42,334 nt of DNA from Basidiobolus meristosporus CBS 931.73 (Eukaryota > Fungi > Basidiobolomycota). The DNA lies in contig MCFE01000718.1 of assembly GCA_002104905.1 (NCBI GenBank), forward strand, positions 1-42,334. The letters are read 5' to 3'. Below, piece after piece: positions 1 to 11,313 of the stretch; position 1 is the first letter of the stretch, and every line of letters starts with the position of its first letter. A program made the position numbers and the translations under genes. Under the pieces are notes generated by a model. It saw only the letters and a list, made by a program, of their open reading frames with translations. It did not search any database and was not told the DNA's origin.

Positions 1-948
1 TGATGTATGGCCACCAGGGATACCCTCCATTTAACCGGTTTTCCCTGACTGTTCAACTTCGTGGTCACCTGACTGGTCAAACGCCTACTTAGCGTGCTTG
101 CAGTCGATCATCGAATGGAAATCCTCAGTTGGTCGATCCAAAGCTTATATATACATCAACTTGAAATCGCTGATTCAATTGATGTTGCGTTGAGGAAAGT
201 TCTTTTCCATATGTCGCGCGAAGGTTATCCAATCCCTGGCATATATGGTTGGTGCCTATTTCCAGCCACTTCCTCACCAGAACCAATTCGGATAACGTTG
301 TTCGGTTTCCGGGGACAATTCATATATAAAATCAATCGCATACTCTGGTGTTGGCATTGTGTCCATGGCCATATAATAGCTCGCATAGATGACCTCTGCA
401 ACTGGTCTGGGTTTGGGCTTGAGAAATGCTCTAGTGAAGTGTTGGTTGCTGTTGGCCAGCGTGGCACCTTGAATCAATCGTGCAAGTTTCTCAGCTATTG
501 ACCAAAAGCCCAAATGCTCTCTTGAGATTCTATTTATAGGATACTTACAGGATATTTGCTAATTCTTGAATTAGGAAAATCCTGGAATTTTCCTACATGA
601 CCTCCAATGCTTTCTTGATGATTTGATGATGCTTTGTAGATATTTCAAAAAGGTCCAACTTGAGTTCATGCTTTCTTGTAGTTCCATATCACTTCCAGAC
701 TCTCAAATTGACTTGTAATAAGTTGTGAGTTCTTGCAGCCTGCAATGTTTATAGCATTATAATCTCTGATCTTGTGTTTACCTCTAAGGCAAAGGAATGG
801 CATTACTGCTGCAAGAACCCTGATTCAATGTTGAGCTCAAAATTAAGCCAGAACTGGGTTAAAACATTAGTTCAAGCCAAGGTTCTTTAAGCTCTCACCT
901 TGTATTGCATGATAACTGCTAATTTGTTGCATTGGTATCTGAGCTTTC
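1..948 (-). other. Unidentified, possibly decayed coding sequence flanking the TE cluster
   Basis: The minus frame of ORF 274..513 reads on through a few stops (...NWFW*GSGWK*APTIYARDWITFARHMEKNFPQRNIN*...). No recognisable domain. It is cut at 948 by a Copia LTR. Confidence 0.2.
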
Positions 949-1141
949 TGTTGTAAAAATTTGTATTTCCACCTAAATATTCACCTAACTTAGTAACTTA
1001 GATCATTACCTTCAAATCCTATAGAATACTGACCAAATTCCTTGTTGGGATTTACTTGGAATATTTACCCAGAACATGAAAATTAGATAAGTTGTCCAAA
1101 CAGCACCAAACTCTGCACACATGTTCTTGGGACCTTCCTTA
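949..1141 (+). repeat. 5' half of Copia A 5' LTR
   Basis: Matches the first ~190 bp of the LTRs at 9281 and 14884 and ends in the TSD CCTTA (1137-1141). Confidence 0.92.
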
Positions 1142-1473
1142 TGTTGACAGAGTCTTGGAGATATTGGAAGTGATTTGGAGAACAAGTAGATTATGTGGTT
1201 TTCACTTAATGATTTATTGAATGTAAAAGTAGTATTTATACTTTTACCTGGTCTTGGCATTACAAGCACGTAGAATAGGTTAAGGAAGGTCCCAAGAACA
1301 TGTGTGCAAAGTTTGGGGCTGTTTGGTCAACTTTGAGAATTTTCATGTTCTGGGTAAATATTCCAAGTAAATCCCAAAAAGGAATTTGGTCAGTATTCTC
1401 TAGGATTTGAAGGTGATGATCTAAGTGACTAAGTTAGGTGAATATTTAGGTGGAATTACAAATTTTTACAACA
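1142..1473 (-). repeat. 3' LTR of Copia B (332 bp, 17-bp internal deletion)
   Basis: TG...CA ends; about 10 substitutions plus one indel relative to 5458-5806 (counted by eye). Confidence 0.95.
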
Positions 1474-1482
1474 CTCCCACTC
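1474..1482 (-). other. Polypurine tract of Copia B
   Basis: GAGTGGGAG immediately before the 3' LTR on the minus strand. Confidence 0.8.
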
Positions 1483-1484
1483 AG

Positions 1485-4400
1485 CTAAATGTTCATACTG
1501 ACTAGTCCTAATTTTGACCTAAGGTATTCAAACTTGTCTCTAGCTAATGGTTTGGTAAATATGTCTGCAATCATTTCATCTGTAGGACAGTAAACTAAGC
1601 TAACTAAGTTATTCTCTATAGCTTCACGTATGAAATGATGTCTAATATCTATGTGCTTGGTTCTAGCATGAAAAGTTGGATTTCTACCTAATTGTATACA
1701 TCCTTGATTATCTTGAAATAAAGTAATAGGCATTTTTTGACATAGGCCTAAATCTGTAAAGAGTTTTCTTAACCACATTGCTTCTTTTGTAGCTTCACAG
1801 GCTGCCATGTACTCTGCCTCTGTAGTAGAAAGTGCTACGGTTGGTTGCTTTCTTGAATTCCATGAAATTGCTCCTTTACAGTAAAGAAAGGTGTATCCTG
1901 TGGTGGATCTTCTGTCTTCCAAATTTTGTCCCCAATCAGCATCAGAGTATCCCACAAGATCCTGTTCTGAATCCTTATAAGTGTATCTTAAGCAAATATC
2001 AGCAGTTCCTTTTAGGTATCTAAAAATCCGCTTAACTGCTGCAATATGATCAGATCCATAATTCTGATTATGTTGGCTGACAACTCCCACTGAATATGAG
2101 ATATCTGGACGTGTTCCAAGCATGATATACATCAGACTGCCGACTAGAGATTGATAAGGAAAGTCAGGGCTTTCAGATGGCACCAAGCTCTCTTGATTTG
2201 GTTGAGTTTTGACCAAGTTAAGGTTTGTCTCCATTGGGGTAGCTGCCGGTTTACAGTCTTCCATTTTGTATTTCTTTAGTATATCTTGAATATACTTGGA
2301 TTGGCTTAGGGTAATAGTCTGGGTACTTCTGTCTATGGAGAACTTAATCCCTAAGTAGTAACTAAGTTCTCCTAAATCAGACATCTTGAATGCCTTAGAT
2401 AGGCTGGATTTAGTCTCTTCCAATGTTTCTAGGTTATTGGCGGCTATAATAAGATCATCCACATATGGAGCTAATAGAACTGGATTTGCTCTATCTGGCT
2501 TATAGTATATACTATAGTCAGCATTACTTCTTTTGAAACTCAAGGATTCAAAATAAGAATCTATCTTGCAATTCCAGGCTCTTGGTGATTGTTTGAGACC
2601 ATATAGTGACTTTTTAAGCTTGCAGACCAAATGGGGGTTATCTTGGTCACCAAACCCATCAGGCTGGTCCATATACACGTCCTCATCAAGTTCTCCATTC
2701 AAAAATGCAGTTTTTACATCCATTTGATGAATAAAAAACTTATATTTGGCTGCAATAGCCAATATTAATCTGATGGAATTAAACTTGGCTACCGGTGCAA
2801 AGGTCTCAGTAGAGTCAAGTCCTTTTGTTTGAGAGTATCCTTTGGCTACAAGTCTTGCTTTGTATCTTTCAATTGTACCATCAGCCTTGTATTTTGTCTT
2901 GAAGACCCATCTGCATCCAATTGATTTTTGGTTGATTGGTAATTTGACTAAGTCCCAAGTTTGATTTTCCATCAGTGCCTGATATTCCTCAGTCATTGCA
3001 GATCTCCAAAACTTTGTCTGAGGGCTATTTAGGGCCTCTTTTACAGTCTGGGGTTCATCAATATGGACTGAATAGGCATAGGCTAAGTTTGTACTCTCAT
3101 TGATATAGTAATTTGGGCTATTTCTTGTTTGATTTGATCTCTGGGCATTTGATACTGGAATGTTCACTTCTGGGATATTCCTGGGCACTGATTCTGGCTG
3201 AACCACAGTTGTAGAGTCCTCTGGAGTGAAAAACTTTTCATTGTTTTGCTCTGATTCAATCCTGACAATTGGAGGACTTGAGATCAAATTTTTGTCATCA
3301 TCTGATGTCATTTTTGGTGAAAATCTTGAATTTTCATCAAACAACACATTGCTGGACTTGATAAGCTTCTTTGCTTTGGTATTGCAGAGTCTGTATGCCT
3401 TACTCTCATTGCAGTAGCCCAAAAATATGCATTTTACACTTTTTGGCTCAAATTTTGACTGATTTCCGGCCATTTTTTTGGCATATGCTGTACACCCAAA
3501 TATTCTTAGATGTTCTGCACTTGGTCTGAATCCATACCATGCTTCAAATGGAGTAGAATCACAAAGTATTCTGTTATAACTCCTATTTTTAAGATATACA
3601 GCAGTGGCAACTGATTCTGCCTAAAACATAGGATAATTTTTGATCATGGATCATAGATCTTGCCATATCAATTATTGATCTGTTAGCTCGTTCTGCTACT
3701 CCATTTTGCTGTGGGGAGTATGGTGCAGTAGTCTCTTGCTTTATCCCATAAATGTTGCAGAAGTGGATGAAGAGTTTTGAGGTATATTCTCCACCATTGT
3801 CAGAGTGTATTTTCTTGATTTTTTCACCAGTTTCTCTCTCCACCATGGCTTTAAACTCCCTGAACTTAGCCAGAGCTTCTTCCTTTCTCTCCATGAAGTA
3901 GACCCATGTGTATCTTGTATAATCATCAATAAAAGTGATTAAATACTTCATCCCGCCTAAGGATAAATTTTGCATAGGTCCACACAGATCTGAGTGAATT
4001 AGATCTAATTTTTTCTTAGTTTTGATTAACCCAGAGCTCTTGAACGGTTGTCTGGCTTGTTTCCCATATATGCAGGCTTCACAGTGCTCCAAATTAGCTG
4101 GGGGATCAATTTTCACTCCAGAAATTAGCTGATCTTTGATCATTTTGCGCAAATAATCAAAATTGATGTGCCCAAATCTCCTGTGCCAAGGCATTGGTGT
4201 TTCTTCATTTAAGTTACTTATATTGGCTTCCAAATATGATGGAATATAAGTCAACGTGTATAGATTCTCATCTCTGATGCCCAAAGCAATATGAGCACCA
4301 TTTTGATCAGTGATCCTGCATCCAGAATTGTCAAAACTGAAACTGAGTCCTTCTGCTGTGGCCTTGCTTACAGAGAGTAGGTTCTTGGCTATTTCTGGTA

Positions 4401-5426
4401 CATAGAGTACTTCTTTAAAGGTCAGTGTATGGCTTCCTTCACTGCTTCTAAGGTTTACTTGGATAGTTCCTTCTCCCACTGCATCAAGTGTTCTATTGTC
4501 ACCCATGAAAACCTTCTTAATTGGAATTTCTTGATATTGGGTAAAAAGTTCTTTTTGGTGTGTAAAGTGTTGAGATGCTCCAGAGTCAATATACCACATC
4601 TGAGAATCCTTGTTTGTGGTCATATTTAGTGCAGATATGAATAGTCTATCTTCAGTTGTTGCAGCATTTCCATATTCAGGCTTCTTTTGCTGATAATCTC
4701 TCTTTTTGAGACACCGGTCTGATGTGTATCCTTTCCTTTTGCAGTAGTTGCAAAATAGGTAGCTGTTGCCTTTGTAGGGTCTTGGGTACCTCCTTTGTTG
4801 GTTATCATTGCTTATTAAAGCATTTTCTTCTTCCTTCTTATTGGCGCTTGATTTTCTTAATTCTTCATCCAGGAGCCTTCCATATACGTAATTTAAGGTC
4901 AAATATTCAGTTCTGGACTCTAGGGCTGATACAAGGCCCTGACACTTGTCTGTCAGGCTATTCAGGATGGTAACTATCACATTCTCATCAGTAGTTGGTA
5001 CGCCCACAGATTCCATCTCATCTACCAGCAGGGTAATACTTTTAATTAGATTTTTCATTTCTTCTCCTGGCAGCATCTTTGTAGTAAAGAATTTTCTTCT
5101 CAGATACATTTTCTTGGCAGCTGAACATGACTGGTAGGTGTCTTCTAATGCCTTCCAGGCATTCTTTGCCGTTTTTGCTCTTGAGCATTGAATTAGCAAT
5201 TTGTCCTTGACATTAAGGCAAATGCAGTTAAAGGCACTTTGTTCTTTCTTCTGGTACTTTAAGGCTTCCTCTCCCACATTTTTAGGAGGGCATTCTTCTC
5301 CCATGACAATATCCCAAAGGCCTCTTTCTTGTAGCAGCATCTTCATCTTCACCTTCCACACTTGGTAGTAAGATCCATCCAGCTTTTCAGCAGAGGGAAA
5401 ATTCTAGTAATAGCAGTAGTAGACAT
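1485..5426 (-). pseudogene. Copia B gag-pol polyprotein (frameshifted)
   Basis: ORF 3589..5361 carries gag, a CX2CX4(Y)X4C knuckle, protease WYIDSGASQH and integrase LIHSDLCGP/DNGGEY/QQNGVAER. ORF 1485..3473 carries RT (RYKARLVAKGY, YVDDL) and RNase H (YSDADW). Frameshifts lie near the gag start and at ~3625. Confidence 0.95.
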
Positions 5427-5445
5427 TGCAGTGAGTGACAGCTTG

Positions 5446-5457
5446 GGGCTCATAACC
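5446..5457 (-). other. Primer-binding site, Copia B (tRNAiMet anticodon arm)
   Basis: GGTTATGAGCCC directly after the LTR. It is complementary to the initiator-tRNA anticodon stem-loop GGGCUCAUAACC, as in copia and Ty5. Confidence 0.85.
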
Positions 5458-5806
5458 TGTTGTAAGAGTCTTGGAGATATTGGAAGTGATTTGGAGAACA
5501 AGTAGATTATGTGGTTTTCACTTAATGATTTATTGAATGTAAAAGTAGTATTTATACTTTTACCTGGTCTTGGCATTACAAACATGTAGAATAGGTTAAG
5601 GAAGGTCCCAAGAACATATGTGCAAAGTGTGGGGCTGTTTGGTCAACTTTGAGAATTTTCATGTTCTGGATACCTGGTATTTTGGTGAAAATATTCTAAG
5701 TAAATCCCAACAAGGAATTTGGTCAGTATTCTCCAGGATTTGAAGGTGATGATCTAAGTGACTAAGTTAGGTGAATATTTAGGTGGAATTACAAATTTTT
5801 ACAACA
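5458..5806 (-). repeat. 5' LTR of Copia B (349 bp)
   Basis: TGTTGTAA...TTACAACA terminal inverted repeat; adjacent to the PBS. Confidence 0.95.
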
Positions 5807-5950
5807 CCTTAACCTATTTTATGTGTTTGTGATGCCAAGACCATGTAAAAGTATCAATACTACTTTTACATTCAATAAATCATTAAGTGAAAACCACATA
5901 ATCTACTTGTTCTCCAAATCACTTCCAATATCTCCAAGACTCTTACAACA
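5807..5950 (+). repeat. 3' half of Copia A 5' LTR
   Basis: Continues the LTR exactly where 949-1141 stops; ends CTCTTACAACA. Confidence 0.92.
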
Positions 5951-5962
5951 GGTTATGAGCCC
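5951..5962 (+). other. Primer-binding site, Copia A
   Basis: GGTTATGAGCCC immediately 3' of the LTR. Confidence 0.85.
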
Positions 5963-5981
5963 CAAGCTGTCACTCACTGCA

Positions 5982-7231
5982 ATGTCTACTACTGCTATTA
6001 CTAGAATTTTCCCTCTGCTGAAAAGCTGGATGGATCTTACTACCAAGTGTGGAAGGTGAAGATGAAGATGCTGCTACAAGAAAGAGGCCTTTGGGATATT
6101 GTCATGGGAGAAGAATGCCCTCCTAAAAATGTGGGAGAGGAAGCCTTAGAGCACCAGAAGAAAGAACAGAGTGCCTTCAACTGTATTTGCCTTAATGTTA
6201 AAGACAAATTGCTAATTCAATGCTCAAGAGCAAAAACAGCAAAGAAAGCCTGGAGGGCATTAGAAGACACCTACCAGTCATGTTCAGCCGCTAAAAAAAT
6301 TGTATCTGAGACAAATATTTCTTACTACAAAGATGCTGCCAGGAGAAGAAATGAAAAATCTAATCAACAGAATTACCTTGCTGGTAGATAAAATGGAATC
6401 TGTGGGCATACCAACTACTGATGAGAATGTGATAGTTACCATCCTGAATAGCCTGTCAGACAAGTCTCAGGACCTTGTATCAGCCCTAGAGTCCAGAACA
6501 GAAGATTTGACCTTAAAATATGTATATGGAAGACTCCTGGATGAAAAATTAAGAAAAACAAGCACCAATAAGAAGGAAGAAGAAAATGGTTTAATAAGCA
6601 ATGATAACCAGCAAAGGAGGTATACAAGACCCTACAAAGGCAACAGCAACATGTTTTGCAACTACTGCAAAAGGAAAGGACACACATCAGACCAGTGTCT
6701 CAAAAAGAAAGATAATCAGTAAAAGAAGCCTGAATATGGAAATGCTGCAACAACTGAAGATAGACTATTCATATCTGCAAGAAGTATGACCACAAACAAG
6801 GATTCTCAGACATAGTACATTGACTCTGGAGCATCTCAACACTTTACACACCAAAAAGCACTTTTTACTCAATATCAAGAAACTCCAATTGAGAAGGTTT
6901 TCACGGGTGACAATAGAACAATTGATGCAGTGGGAGAAGGAATTGTCTAAGTAGACCTGAGAAGCAGTGAAGCAAGCCACACAATGACCTTTAAAGAAGT
7001 ACTTTATGTACCAGAAATAGCCAAGAACCTACTATCTGTAAGCAAGGCCACAGCAGAAGGACTCAGTTTCAACTTTGACAATTCTAGATGCAAGATCACT
7101 GATCAAATGGTGCCCATATTGCTCTGGGTATCAGAGATCAGCATCTATACAAGTTGAATTATATTCCATTATATTTGGAAGCTAATATAAGTAACTTAAG
7201 TGAGGAAATACCAATGCTTTGGCATAGGAGA
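5982..7231 (+). pseudogene. Copia A gag-protease fragment
   Basis: ORFs 6047..6391 and 6300..6722 are homologous to Copia B gag; frameshifts and CAA>TAA, TGG>TAG stops are present. Confidence 0.9.
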
Positions 7232-7812
7232 TGTTGTATTCAAGAGAAAAGTGTAATAAGCCTCTTGAATGAGTTAACTGAACCTAAGTGACAACTAAGT
7301 GCAGAATCTTAGAATTGTCAAGAGTGCCAGAAAAATCAGCCAAGAGGTTCTGGTCTAATATTAGTCTTATACATAGCTGAGTTGGGCTATAAAGGCAACA
7401 GAGTAGGTTAGCTATACAGGCTAGGCTTGGTGTTCTTGAGAGTGCTAGATATGTTAAGCTTGTGTAGAAACTAGAATGGATTTGTTGAATTCTTAATTTT
7501 GTTGAGACACACACTAAGCCAAAAGGTTAAGTAAACTTTATTTATACTTTTCTGATTAAGTTGCATTAGTAAGCACCAAGAGACTGGACTAATTGAAATC
7601 TGTTGGGGTGTTGATAGGTGCATAAGATAAATGAAAAATTGCATCATTAATCAGCTGATATCTTGGCAACTGCTAAGTGGTTGGATAATTCTCCAATGAC
7701 TAATCACTTGGAAAGGCTTAGCAGATCAGTTGAGGACATAATGACCACATGAGAATTGATCAGGTGTTACAGCTAAAAATAGATTCTAAGAAGTGATAAA
7801 TATACTATAACA
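7232..7812. repeat. Probable solo LTR of an unidentified family
   Basis: TGTTGTATT...ACTATAACA ends, flanked by GAGA/GAGA. It interrupts Copia coding sequence at ...AGGAGA, which resumes only briefly as GAGATT. No other copy is present in the window. Confidence 0.55.
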
Positions 7813-7852
7813 GAGATTAGTTATGTTTGGGTAAGGAAAATCAGTTAGGGCA

Positions 7853-9280
7853 CCAAGTCCCAAGTTTGATTTTCAATCAGGGCCTGATATTCCTCAGTCA
7901 TTGCAGATCTCCAAAACTCTGTCTGAGGGCTATTTGGGGCCTCCTTTACAGTCTGGGGTTCATCAATATGGACTGAATAGGCATATGCTAAGTTTGTACC
8001 CTCATTAGTACAGAAATTTGGGCTATTTCTTGTCCAATTGGATCTGCGGGCATTTGATACAGGAATGATCACTTCTGGGATAATCCTGGGCACTGATTCT
8101 GGCTGAACCACAGTTGTAGAGTCCTCTGGAATGAAAAATTTTCATTGTTTTGCTCAGATTCAATCCTGATAATTGGTGGACTGAGATCAGATTTTCAACA
8201 ACATCTGATGTCATTTTTTATGAAAATTTTGAATTTTCATCAAACATCACATCCCTTGACTTGATTAGCTTCTTTGCTTTGGTATTTTAGAGTCTGTATG
8301 CTTTACTCTCATTGCAGTAGCTCAAAATATGCATTTTACACTTTTTGGCTCAAATTTTGACTGATTTCCAAGCAGTTTCTGGGCATATGCTGTACACCCA
8401 AATATTCTTAGATGTACTGCACTTGGTCTGTATCCATACCATGCTTCAAATGGAGTAGAATCACAAAGTATTCTGTTATAACTCCTATTTTTAAGATATA
8501 CAGCAGTGGCAACTGATTCTGCCTAAAAATCACAGGATAATTTTTGATCATGGATCATAGATCTTGCCATATCAGTTATTGATCTGTTAGCACATTCTGC
8601 TACTCCATTTGCTGTGGGGAGTATGGTACAGTAGTCTCATGCTTTATCCCATAAATTTTGCAGAAGTGGATGAGGAGTTTTGCGGTATGTTCTCCACCAT
8701 TGTCAGAGTGTATTTTCTTGATTTTTTCACCAGTTTCTCTCTCCACCATGGCTTTAAGCTCCCTGAGCTTAGACAGAGCTTCTTCCTTTCTCTCCATGAA
8801 GTAGACCCATGTGTATCTTGTATAATCATCAATAAGGGTGATTAAATACTTCATCACGCCTAAGGATAAATTTTGCATAGGTCCACACAGATCCAAGTGA
8901 GTTAGATCTAATTTTTTCTTAGTTTTGATCAACCCAGAGCTCTTGAACAGTTGTCTGACTTGTTTCCTATATATGCAGGCTTCACAGTGCTCCAAATTAG
9001 CTGGGGGATCAATCTTTACTCCAGAAATTAGGTGATCTTTGATCATTTTGTACAAATAATCAAAATTGATGTGCCCAAATCTCCTGTGCCAAAGCATTGG
9101 TGTTTCTTCATTTAAGTTACTTATATTGGCCTCCAAATATGATGGAATATAAGTCAACTTGTATAGAATCTGATCTCTGATACCCAGAGCAATATGGGCA
9201 CCATCTTGATCAGTGATCTTGCATCTAGAACTGTCAAAGCTGAAACTGAGTCCTTCTGCTGTAGCCTTGCTTACAGAGAG
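7853..9280 (-). pseudogene. Copia-1 internal fragment (GAG-pre-integrase, integrase, start of RT)
   Basis: ORFs 8600..9304 and 7845..8111 are homologous to Copia B. It abuts the LTR at 9281 and ends at ...TWDLV. Confidence 0.92.
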
Positions 9281-9628
9281 TGTTGTAAAAATTTGTATTT
9301 CCACCTAAATATGCACCTAACTTAGTCACTTAGATCATTACCTTCATATCCTATAGAATACAGACCAAATTTCTTGTTGGGATTGACTTAGAATATTTCA
9401 CAAAAATACCAGGTACCCAGTTCATGAGAATTCTCAAGGTTGTCCAAACGGCCCCAGACTTTGCTCACATATTCTTGGGACCTTCTGTAACCTATTCTAC
9501 ATGTTGGTCATGCCAAGACCATGTAAAAGTACAAATACTACTTTTACATTCAAAAATTCATTAAGTGAAAGCCGCATAATCTACTTGTCCTCCCAATCAC
9601 TTCCAAAATCTCCAAGACTCTTACAACA
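9281..9628 (+). repeat. 5' LTR of Copia C
   Basis: TGTTGTAAAA...TTACAACA; same family as Copia B. Confidence 0.95.
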
Positions 9629-10243
9629 GGGTATGAGCACCAAGCTGTCACTCTCAGCAATGTCCACTACTGCTATTACTGGAATTTTTCCCTCTGCTGA
9701 AAAGTTGGATGAATCTAACTACCAAGTGTGGAAGGTGACAATGAAGATGCTGCTATAAGAAAGAGGTCTTTGGGATATTGTCATGGGAGAAGAATGCACT
9801 CCTAAAAATGTGGGAGAGGAAGCCTTAAAGTACCAGAAGAAAGAACAAAGTGCCATTAACTGCTTTTGCCTTAATGTTAAGGACAAATTGCTAATTCAAT
9901 GCTCAAGAGCAAAAATGGCAAAGAATGCCTGGAGGGCATTAGAAGACACCTACCAGTCATGTTCAGCTGCAAAGAAAATGTATCTGAGACAAAAATTCTT
10001 TACTACAAAGATGCTGCTAGGAGAAGAAATGGACAATCTAATCAACAGAACTGCCCTGCTGGTAGATGAAATGGAATCTATGGGCATACCAACTACTGAT
10101 GAAGATGTGATAGGTACCATTCTGAATAGCCTGACAGACAGGTTTCAGGGCCTTGTATCAGCCCTAGAGTCCAGAACTGACAATTTGACCTTATATTATG
10201 TATATGGAAGGCTCCTGGATGAAGAATTAAGAAAATCAAGCGC

Positions 10244-11313
10244 TGTGGTGGTGTATAGGTCCAAGGGAGGGATACATCAAACACTTCTCAGGTGTTTTGT
10301 GTGTGGGATGCTCACTGGGTGCAATGACCTCTGGCAAAAGCTTTCTAGGGATACTTGGGTTCTGTCTCTAATCTAATGTGAAGGGGAATAAAGCCACAAG
10401 CTTGTCAATGGAAAACTATTGAGCTACAATCCCCAACTTAGTTGGCGTCTTAACAAAAGTATGTGCTGGGTTCAGCGTCCTTTGAGATGACAATGTACTA
10501 AAGCTTCCAAAGTCAAAACAACTGTAAACTCCACCAGTAGGGACTTGATAAGAATGCAGCTGTGGTCAATAGTTACAAAGACAGAAAAGTGTCTTTGCCT
10601 GTACAAGAACAAACTTGGGAAAGAATCAAATATAGTAAAAGATACCTACTCTGAGTATTCCTCACAAGTAGTGCCTCCAAATCAGTTAGCTGTCAGCGCG
10701 GTTTCCTGGGAGTGTCCTGTGGTCTGGGGTTGGAAGTTCAGGTAGCAGCAGGTAGCAGTGATCACACTAATCAACAAGTTGGTACATTGATAAAAGGAAT
10801 AATGATCTATTGTTGAGGGATTGCCCCCCTTTCATACTTTTCTTACTGGCTAAATGATTACTAATCATGGTGTTCCAGATGGTTCTGGATATCAATAGAA
10901 ATCTTAATGACATCAGAATGACCTAAGAATGTTCTAAGTAGGTGCTGGAAGGTTCTAAGAGGCACAGAACATCCAACCAATCAGGAATCAGTATTCTGAA
11001 ACCTGTGTAACATTGGGATACCATATATGATATGGAAATGGTAGGGATGGTCACACGGGTTGATCATGTGTCATGGGTACTTGCGCGGGTACTTGCCTAA
11101 TATAGAAGCACTTATAGCTAGTAATCATACATAAAGTGAGGGGTAACTTGTGCAATAAGGTAAGCAGGTGTGATAGTCAACCGGCTTATGGGATAGTACT
11201 GATCAGGTAAGACAAATGGGGTAAAACTAAAATAAGTGTAGTTAAGATATAGGGAAGTAGAAAATATGAGAATGAGCACATCTGTCAATGGGTGTCACTC
11301 TCACCCCACTACA
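10244..11313 (-). repeat. Solo LTR of Gypsy-1 family inserted in Copia C gag
   Basis: Reverse complement of the LTR at 20102-21180; TGTGGTGG...CCACTACA ends; TSD GCGC (10240-10243, 11314-11317). Removing it restores gag SSAN. Confidence 0.93.

Larger units (their letters stand above)
1142..5806 (-). mobile_element. Full-length Ty1/Copia element B (defective)
   Basis: Two LTRs, PBS, PPT and gag-PR-IN-RT-RH order. A perfect 5-bp TSD CCTTA lies at 1137-1141 and 5807-5811. Confidence 0.96.
949..7231 (+). mobile_element. Ty1/Copia element A (family Copia-1), 5' part only; LTR split by element B
   Basis: The LTR starts TGTTGTAAAA at 949, is interrupted at 1141, resumes at 5807 and ends TTACAACA at 5950. 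It is followed by the PBS, gag, protease (IDSGASQH) and GAG-pre-integrase sequence up to ...WHRR at 7231. Confidence 0.9.

Noticed and set aside
94-501. 135-aa plus-strand ORF as a host gene
   Set aside because: No recognisable motif, non-ATG start, and it reads like the antisense of the minus-strand frame.
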